This document shows positions 57,621-64,000 of a DNA stretch of 64,000 nucleotides, piece after piece; position 1 is the stretch's first letter, and every line of letters starts with the position of its first letter. A program made the translations under genes and the position numbers. A model generated the notes under the pieces. It ran no database searches and had not been told where the DNA came from. It was given only the letters and a program-made list of their open reading frames with translations. Location of the stretch: positions 49,168 through 113,167 of the forward strand of contig DVKT01000006.1 of assembly GCA_018715885.1 (NCBI GenBank), given 5' to 3'. The DNA is from Candidatus Caccoplasma intestinavium. GTDB taxonomy: Bacteria > Bacteroidota > Bacteroidia > Bacteroidales > UBA11471.

Positions 57621-57628
57621 TATTTTTG
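57621..57628 (+). promoter_or_regulatory. -7 box (TATTTTTG) for aldose epimerase gene
   Basis: TAnnTTTG match 34 nt upstream of ATG 57662. Confidence 0.5.
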
Positions 57629-57661
57629 GAAAGTGAAACATCTTTCTAATCCAAACATATC

Positions 57662-58663
57662 ATGATCGAGAAAATCAATTTCAACGGAATTCCGGCCGTG
57701 CATTTCACTGCCGGAGGTTATGAAGCCGTCATGGTACCCTCGGTAGGTGCCAATGTCGTAAAACTCAAACACACCGCCACAGGCATAGAGATATTGCGTA
57801 CCCCTGATGCCGAAGAGATGGAGAACTTCAAGGAACGTCCTCAAATTTACGGTCTGCCCCTGCTCTTCCCGCCGAACCGCATAGCCGACGGAACCTATAC
57901 ATTCGAAGGCAGGAAGTATCAATACCCCATCACTATTCCGACACAAAACAACTACCACCACGGTATCATCAAAAGCGAACCGTTCACCGTATCCCGCACT
58001 GTCGAAAGGAACGACTTTGTCGAGATAGAAGCCGTTTATTACAGCAATCTTTTCAACAATGCCATCTTCCGCGATTTCCCGCATGAATTTTGCTGCCGCA
58101 TGATATTCCGGCTCGATGCCGACGGTTTGCATCAGACCACCGTATTCGAGAACCTCAGCGACAAAGATATGCCCGTAGGCATGGGATTCCACACTCCTAT
58201 CCGTGTACCGTTTACTCCCGACGGAAAAGCAGAGAACTACCGCATACGCCTCTCTGTGGGCAAGCGCATGGAAATGAACGAACGGACACTCCCCACAGAA
58301 AAACTGTTTGACTTGTCGCCGGCCGAAGCTCCTTTGCGCAAAGAAGGCATCGCACCTTGCGGCGAAGCCATGGAATGGGCTTTGGTAAACGAGACACTCG
58401 AAATCAACGGACACCCCTACAACGGAGCCGTCATGACCGATACGGCCAGCGGCTGGTCGGCCTGCTATGAAGTAGACGAAAATTTCAAATACTGGACGCT
58501 TTGGAACAACGGCGGCAACGTGCCGTATGCCTGCCCCGAACCGCAAAGTTGGGCCACCAACGCCCCCAATCTCTCCGATCCCGAAGCCTATGGCTTCCGT
58601 TACATCGCACCCGGCAGCGAATTCCGTGCCTCAACACATCTTTTTGTCAGCAACAAAATGTAA
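57662..58663 (+). CDS. Aldose 1-epimerase family protein
   Basis: 333 aa. Mutarotase-like pattern (GANVVKLKH..., LLFPPNRI, HHG, GFHTP, EPQS). Assignment by resemblance only. Confidence 0.68.
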   Translation: MIEKINFNGIPAVHFTAGGYEAVMVPSVGANVVKLKHTATGIEILRTPDAEEMENFKERPQIYGLPLLFPPNRIADGTYTFEGRKYQYPITIPTQNNYHHGIIKSEPFTVSRTVERNDFVEIEAVYYSNLFNNAIFRDFPHEFCCRMIFRLDADGLHQTTVFENLSDKDMPVGMGFHTPIRVPFTPDGKAENYRIRLSVGKRMEMNERTLPTEKLFDLSPAEAPLRKEGIAPCGEAMEWALVNETLEINGHPYNGAVMTDTASGWSACYEVDENFKYWTLWNNGGNVPYACPEPQSWATNAPNLSDPEAYGFRYIAPGSEFRASTHLFVSNKM

Positions 58664-58675
58664 CCGTATATTTTG

Positions 58676-58711
58676 AAAAAATCCCGGGTAAACAAATTAC
58701 CCGGGATTTTT
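58676..58711. terminator. Bidirectional intrinsic terminator (aldose epimerase / SDR, convergent)
   Basis: aaaaatcccgggta-aacaaat-tacccgggattttt. Confidence 0.88.
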
Positions 58712-58729
58712 CTTTCATAAAAGATATAA

Positions 58730-59482
58730 TCATTCGTTCTTTATTACACTGACCGGCATTCGCTCCCACAATCTCGCAGGAATGAGACGCCAAAAGAATA
58801 CCAAAACAGAGAATTTCCAATCGATAATTACCCGGCGGCGACGGCGCACGATAGTCCGAAAAGCTTTGCGAGCCACCGGCCGCAACGGCATCAACATCGG
58901 ATAACGATGCTCCTTATTGAGTAAATCGGTTGCCACGAAGCCGGGACGAATATCGGTGAAAGCAATTTTCAATTTCCGCATATGCGATAATTGGGAAAGG
59001 GCATCGAGGTAGGTATTCTGCATTCGTTTCGACGCCGAATAGGCAGTCGCAGTACCCAATCCCTTAGTCCCGGCGATAGACGTAATCACGGCAATATGAC
59101 CGCTGCCCTGCCGGGCAAAGTAATTATACGCAGACGTTATCATGCGGGTAAACCCCATGACATTGGTCTCCATCGTCCGCAACTCGACAGCGGGATCGAG
59201 AGTCGGGTTTTGCGCTCCGATACCCGATACATGGCAATATATATCCATACCGCCCAATTTTTCAACCAATCGTATCAACTCGGTTGCAGAAGATTCACGT
59301 GTAATGTCGATACAACCCGCCACGACCTGAGACGGAGCAGACATGCGGAGTTTCTCGAGCGGCTCGGCCCGACGACCGGCAATTCCCACCCGCCAACCGG
59401 CAGCAATACACAATTTGGCTATCTCCATTCCTATACCCGAAGTAGCCCCCATGATAACGATTCGTTTTGCGGTCGTCTTCAT
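58730..59482 (-). CDS. Short-chain dehydrogenase/reductase (SDR)
   Basis: 250 aa; GATSGIG cofactor loop, catalytic YSASK. Confidence 0.85.
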   Translation of the reverse strand: MKTTAKRIVIMGATSGIGMEIAKLCIAAGWRVGIAGRRAEPLEKLRMSAPSQVVAGCIDITRESSATELIRLVEKLGGMDIYCHVSGIGAQNPTLDPAVELRTMETNVMGFTRMITSAYNYFARQGSGHIAVITSIAGTKGLGTATAYSASKRMQNTYLDALSQLSHMRKLKIAFTDIRPGFVATDLLNKEHRYPMLMPLRPVARKAFRTIVRRRRRVIIDWKFSVLVFFWRLIPARLWERMPVSVIKNE

Positions 59483-59571
59483 AATAAAAAAGTCTGATGA
59501 TACTTAATTGCAATTTAATATTTTTTTCAAGACGAAACAAGAAAAATCCGTCTTTTCTTATTCCCGTCTAC

Positions 59572-59598
59572 AAAAAAAGAGAGCCGAAGCTCTCTTTC
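59572..59598 (-). terminator. Intrinsic terminator after serS
   Basis: Minus strand reads aaagagagc-ttcg-gctctcttt followed by tttt. Confidence 0.75.
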
Positions 59599-59623
59599 CA
59601 AACATCGATATATTCTCACAAGA

Positions 59624-60895
59624 CTAATCGATCATATCAAATCCCGTATAAGGAACCAAAACCTTCGGTATGCGTATACCCTCAGGCGTCTGGTTATTCT
59701 CGAGCAAGGCTGCTACGATACGGGGCAATGCCAACGCACTGCCGTTGAGCGTGTGTACCAAACGGATCTTTTTATCGGCTCCACGGAAACGACATTTGAG
59801 ACGATTGGCTTGATAGCTCTCAAAATTGGACACGGAGCTCACTTCGAGCCAACGTTTCTGGGCTGCCGAATAAACTTCGAAATCGAATGTGATCGCCGAA
59901 GTAAAGCTCATATCTCCACCGCAAAGGCGCAAAATATGCCACGGCAATTCGAGACGCTCCACCAGCGTCTGGACATAATCGACCATTTCTTTGAGCGATT
60001 CGTAAGAACGGTCGGGGTGTTGTATCTGTACGATCTCGACTTTGTCGAACTGGTGAAGACGGTTAAGCCCTCGCACATCTTTTCCGTAAGAACCGGCTTC
60101 ACGACGGAAACATGCCGAATAGGCCGTATTACGAATGGGAAGTTGAGCTTCATCGAGAATGACATCTCGGTAAAGGTTGGTTACCGGCACTTCGGCAGTA
60201 GGAATCAGATAGAGATCATCTTCGTTACAATGATACATCTGGCCCTCTTTATCGGGAAGTTGCCCCGTTCCATAGCCCGAAGCCGCATTTACCACATAAG
60301 GAGGTTGCACTTCGAGATAACCGGCTTCCCGGGCACTATCGAGGAAAAAGCTGATGAGCGCACGCTGCAAACGGGCTCCTTTACCTTTATATACGGGAAA
60401 GCCTGCACCGGTGATTTTCACACCCAGTTCAAAATCAATAAGGTCGTATTTGCGAGCCAAGTCCCAATGAGGAAGGGCATCGGCCGGCAGGTCGGGCATT
60501 ATGCCACCCGAACGCTCTACGACATTATCTTCGGCCGTGCGACCCTCGGGAACCATATCGCACGGCGTATTAGGTACAGAAAGAAGTATCTCGGTAATCC
60601 CGGCCTCTGCGGCAGCCATATCTTCTTCGAGTTTCTTGTTCGCCTCTTTCATTTCGGCGACTTTCATCTTCACGGCCTCGGCCTCATCACTCTTTCCCTC
60701 TTTCATGAGTTTGCCGACCTGAGCCGAAAGGCCTTTCAGTTCGGAGAGACGACTATCAAGTTCCATTTGCGAAGAACGACGCACCTTATCCAAATCCAAA
60801 ACTTTGGCAATCACCTCGCGGCCGTCGAAATGTTTTTTTGCCAGCTTCCGAATAATCTCTTCGGGATTCTCTTTAATTGCGGCAAGTGTAAGCAT
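59624..60895 (-). CDS. serS: Serine--tRNA ligase
   Basis: 423 aa. N-terminal coiled-coil arm. Class II motifs (FRREAGSYG; TLNGSALA). Confidence 0.96.
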   Translation of the reverse strand: MLTLAAIKENPEEIIRKLAKKHFDGREVIAKVLDLDKVRRSSQMELDSRLSELKGLSAQVGKLMKEGKSDEAEAVKMKVAEMKEANKKLEEDMAAAEAGITEILLSVPNTPCDMVPEGRTAEDNVVERSGGIMPDLPADALPHWDLARKYDLIDFELGVKITGAGFPVYKGKGARLQRALISFFLDSAREAGYLEVQPPYVVNAASGYGTGQLPDKEGQMYHCNEDDLYLIPTAEVPVTNLYRDVILDEAQLPIRNTAYSACFRREAGSYGKDVRGLNRLHQFDKVEIVQIQHPDRSYESLKEMVDYVQTLVERLELPWHILRLCGGDMSFTSAITFDFEVYSAAQKRWLEVSSVSNFESYQANRLKCRFRGADKKIRLVHTLNGSALALPRIVAALLENNQTPEGIRIPKVLVPYTGFDMID

Positions 60896-60931
60896 AATCT
60901 ACAATTTTATAATAAACATATTTTCTACACA

Positions 60932-61381
60932 TCAAGACAACAAAGCCTTTACTTTTTCCGAAATAGCTTTTCCGTCGGCTTTCCCCGCCAACTTTTTGGA
61001 AGCTGCCCCCATGACCTTACCCATCTCTTTGACCGATGTGGCCCCTACCTCGGCAATAATCGCCTTTATCGCCTCTTCGAGTTCGGCCTCCGACATGGGC
61101 TGAGGAAGATAAGACTCGATAACAGCCGCTTCGGCAAGCTCGGGTTCTGCCAGATCGGGACGATTTTGTTCGGTATAGATTTGGGCACTCTCCCGGCGCT
61201 GTTTGGCCATTTTCGACAAAATCTTCAAAGCAACATCGTCATGCAATTCCCCGTCGGAACCTTTGGCTGTTTTGGCTTCTATAAACTCTTTTTTTATACC
61301 GCGCAGGGCTTCGAGACGCTGTTTGTCGCGTGCCAGCATGGCGGCTTTGATATCATTACTGATTTGGTCAAATAAACTCAT
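60932..61381 (-). CDS. GatB/YqeY domain protein
   Basis: 149 aa MSLFDQISNDIKAAMLARDKQRLEALRGIK...; YqeY family pattern. Confidence 0.85.
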   Translation of the reverse strand: MSLFDQISNDIKAAMLARDKQRLEALRGIKKEFIEAKTAKGSDGELHDDVALKILSKMAKQRRESAQIYTEQNRPDLAEPELAEAAVIESYLPQPMSEAELEEAIKAIIAEVGATSVKEMGKVMGAASKKLAGKADGKAISEKVKALLS

Positions 61382-61402
61382 ATTTTTTCGTTTTTAAATT
61401 TT

Positions 61403-62608
61403 CTATTCGGTCTTATCAAAAAGTATCACTCCATTGCCGTTGTAATTCACATCTTCGGCATTCGTCTCACCGGGGGTATGGCGCAAAAGTTGTTTGGAAA
61501 AATCTCCGGGGCGGTCGTAAGCCGGAGTACGATCGATTTTCTCCAACACGGCATTATCGTCCATCTGCGCAACCGTAAGGATCACATACTCCTTATCACC
61601 GGGATAAGCATTGCCCATATCCATCACCCCGTCTCCGAAATCCGATGCCAGAATCGTAACTTTTACTTTTCCTTCGAGCGTATCGTCGATGGTAATACCC
61701 GATATGGTCTTTACTCCGTCGAAACGCGCCATAAACTCGTTCAGCTCCTTAAATTCGTCCATAACGACCTGATCATCGGCGCTGGAACTCAAATAAAGAT
61801 TGATGAGTATGCGTTTGGCCTTATAAAGATTATCGGCCGCCAATAAAGGCGAATGCAAAGCATCTTCGATCGCCTTGGTGATACGATGTTCTCCCTCGCC
61901 AAAGCCACTGCTCATCACAGCTACCCCACCGTTTTCGAGGGTACGGCGCACATCGGCAAAGTCGAGATTGATATACCCTTTCACGGTGATCAGTTCGGCG
62001 ATACTCTTTGCGGCTACGGTCAATGTCTCGTCGGCCTTTTTAAAACCATTGAGCCACGTCAAATCAGGGTAGACCTTACGCAAGTTTTCATTGTTGATGA
62101 CCAAAAGCGCATCGACATTCTTGCGTAAATCTTCCACACCGTCCAAAGCCTGCCTGATTTTGAATTCGGCTTCCCATGCAAACGGGATAGAAACGATACC
62201 CACCGTGAGAATACCCAGACTACGTGCAACCCCGGCAATGACAGGAGAAGCCCCTGTACCGGTACCGCCGCCCATACCGGCCGTAATAAACACCATATCG
62301 GTATCATCGTCGAGCAACTCTTTGATGCGTTCGACACTCTCTTCGGCCAACTGCCGGGCTACAAGAGGATCACCCCCGGCTCCGCGGCCCGGCCCGAGAA
62401 GAAGCGTACGAGGAATTTTCGTTCCGCGCATGGCCTGCTTGTCGGTATTACACAGGACAAAAGTTACATCTTTTATACCCGTCTTGAACATATTCTCGAC
62501 AGCGTTTCCGCCACCGCCACCGACACCTATCACTTTGATGATGGCCGGCAATTCCGAACGTTCGACAACATCGAACTGCGGTTTATCATTATATTCGTCC
62601 ATAAGCAA
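61403..62608 (-). CDS. ftsZ: Cell division protein FtsZ
   Basis: 401 aa; GVGGGGGNAV and tubulin signature GMGGGTGTGASP. Confidence 0.95.
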   Translation of the reverse strand: MLMDEYNDKPQFDVVERSELPAIIKVIGVGGGGGNAVENMFKTGIKDVTFVLCNTDKQAMRGTKIPRTLLLGPGRGAGGDPLVARQLAEESVERIKELLDDDTDMVFITAGMGGGTGTGASPVIAGVARSLGILTVGIVSIPFAWEAEFKIRQALDGVEDLRKNVDALLVINNENLRKVYPDLTWLNGFKKADETLTVAAKSIAELITVKGYINLDFADVRRTLENGGVAVMSSGFGEGEHRITKAIEDALHSPLLAADNLYKAKRILINLYLSSSADDQVVMDEFKELNEFMARFDGVKTISGITIDDTLEGKVKVTILASDFGDGVMDMGNAYPGDKEYVILTVAQMDDNAVLEKIDRTPAYDRPGDFSKQLLRHTPGETNAEDVNYNGNGVILFDKTE

Positions 62609-62619
62609 GGTGTTTTCGG

Positions 62620-63918
62620 TTAATTTTCTTTATCCATTTCCTCTTTCATCGTATCCCAAATCGTTTTCCATATCGGAGATTTCGATGATTTAGTACCCGA
62701 AGTCGGCGGTTCCGGCTGAGGCGGAAGTTGAGGTTCTTTCTCGGGAGCAGGAATTTCTTCTTTTTTCTCGACGACAGGCGGCGCCGCACATATCTCTTTT
62801 CCCATCAGCAACAAGCCTATGACTTGTACCGAAGCGACACCGTTGATTCCCGGAACCAACGAAACGCCTAAAAGCGTACCCCGGCACACATCGAGATCGG
62901 TTTCCTTTGCCAACAACGTTTTCAAGCCTTTCATCGAAGCCCCTCCGCCAATAAGCGTGATGCCCGACGTCAGGGAACGCATATACCCCGAACCAAGAAG
63001 CTGCGCTTTGACATTGGCGACAATCTCTCCCAAACGGGCCATTATCACCTCCTCAATTTTCTCGGCGGTAAAATCGAAATAATAATCCTTCATACCCCAA
63101 TCTACCGTAATCGTTCCGTCGATCTGGGGTTGATAAGCCTTCTTTATCGACTCGGCCTCCGACTCTTTCACATGCAAAGAGCATATATCCCGAGTAATAT
63201 TGTTTCCTCCCAACGGAATGGTTATCATGGATGCAAAATACCCGTCTTTATACAACGAAAGGGTTGTTGTCTCGGCTCCGCAATCGAGCAAAGCGCAACC
63301 TTGCCGGCGTTCTTCTTCGGAAAGAACAGCCACTGCCGCCGCATTAGCCGTACAGATATATCCGGCAATAGGCATTTTGGCTTGCTCGAAAACCCGATCG
63401 ATATTCCGTTTATGAATCTCGTTCCCTACAATAAGACGATACGAGACACGTATTTCAGAGCCATACTGGCCACACGGTTTCTCGGTGGCCCGGCCATCGA
63501 CCCGGCATTCCCCGGGAATCACATCGAAAACGACCAAATTATTCTCCAATATCCGATCGCGTGCCTCGGCTTCAAGCTCGGCAAGCAGAGAGTCGTCGAT
63601 AGGAGATTCGGAAGAAATCGTCCGCACCACAGGGAATTCAATCGAACGTATCGATTGTCCGCTCACACCTACATATACTTTTGATATTTTACTCGGCGAA
63701 ATACGGGCTTCGAGACGGCGGAATATTTGCGAGAGTTTAAGCGCGACATCAGAAACATTGATGACCCGTCCCCGTTTGATACCGTCCTTACTCTCCCCGA
63801 TTTCTACCGCATCGACCGTAAACCGGCCGTCGTCATCGCGATGGCCGACAGCTCCAGTAATATGAGAGGAACCTAAATCGACCGCTACAATGTATCTTTT
63901 TTCGTCCTGCATATCCAT
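62620..63918 (-). CDS. ftsA: Cell division protein FtsA
   Basis: 432 aa. Actin-like ATPase (VAVDLGSSHITG; LLDCGAETTT; LIGGGASMKGL). Upstream of ftsZ. Confidence 0.93.
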   Translation of the reverse strand: MDMQDEKRYIVAVDLGSSHITGAVGHRDDDGRFTVDAVEIGESKDGIKRGRVINVSDVALKLSQIFRRLEARISPSKISKVYVGVSGQSIRSIEFPVVRTISSESPIDDSLLAELEAEARDRILENNLVVFDVIPGECRVDGRATEKPCGQYGSEIRVSYRLIVGNEIHKRNIDRVFEQAKMPIAGYICTANAAAVAVLSEEERRQGCALLDCGAETTTLSLYKDGYFASMITIPLGGNNITRDICSLHVKESEAESIKKAYQPQIDGTITVDWGMKDYYFDFTAEKIEEVIMARLGEIVANVKAQLLGSGYMRSLTSGITLIGGGASMKGLKTLLAKETDLDVCRGTLLGVSLVPGINGVASVQVIGLLLMGKEICAAPPVVEKKEEIPAPEKEPQLPPQPEPPTSGTKSSKSPIWKTIWDTMKEEMDKEN

Positions 63919-63929
63919 TTTCTCCTATT

Positions 63930-64000
63930 CTATTTTCGGCGTGTACACACCACTTGGTCTTTATATTTGAGATTGATGGTATGGTATTTGTTCCAACCGC
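63930..64000 (-). CDS. ftsQ: Probable C-terminal end of FtsQ (gene runs off window end)
   Basis: Reverse frame reads ...GWNKYHTINLKYKDQVVCTRRK* with the stop at 63930..63932, 11 nt upstream of the ftsA ATG. Called from dcw-cluster position only. Confidence 0.4.
   Translation of the reverse strand, partial: GWNKYHTINLKYKDQVVCTRRK

Noticed and set aside
59753-61375. 540-aa + strand ORF spanning the antisense of serS, the 36-nt spacer and the YqeY gene
   Set aside because: serS and the yqeY-like gene are in the same reading phase (60932-59624 is a multiple of 3), and the antisense ORF is codon-aligned with both. It is a shadow ORF, not an overprinted gene. No promoter box or motif supports it.

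Overview
This 64 kb window looks like core chromosome of a Bacteroidales (Bacteroidota) bacterium. Supporting evidence: an rpsL-rpsG-fusA-rpsJ-rplC operon without tuf; TAnnTTTG (-7) promoter boxes in front of most transcription units; gldD/gldE; a T9SS C-terminal sorting domain; parA-parB-DUF5683-lytic transglycosylase; and an argR-GNAT-argG-argC-argD-proC operon. I call about 60 protein genes, almost all housekeeping. They cover translation, central carbon metabolism (gap, mdh, gpmI), arginine, aspartate and pantothenate synthesis (asd, panB), purT, serS, the end of the dcw cluster (ftsQ/A/Z), and parAB. The one accessory-looking block is an 8 kb pectin/rhamnogalacturonan CAZyme cluster at 42.6-50.5 kb, holding CE12-CE8, two GH105, a small wHTH, CE8 and GH43, with no SusC/SusD pair in the window. 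I found no rRNA, tRNA, CRISPR array, transposase, integrase or recognisable defence module. I do not see a convincing self-contained novel system. The items most worth a second look are: (1) a GH105 hydrolase fused to a coiled coil and a T9SS sorting domain; (2) a CI/LexA-like HTH-S24 repressor with a near-perfect palindrome in its leader, divergent from a ~100-nt long-range helix element and an orphan 107-aa ORF; (3) an exported gamma-glutamyl hydrolase (C26) - membrane dipeptidase (M19) fusion; (4) stacked-helix 5' leaders in front of rpsL and parA. All domain calls are motif recognition by eye on the supplied translations; no HMM, BLAST or folding computation was run. Many long ORFs in the track are codon-aligned antisense shadows and are rejected below.
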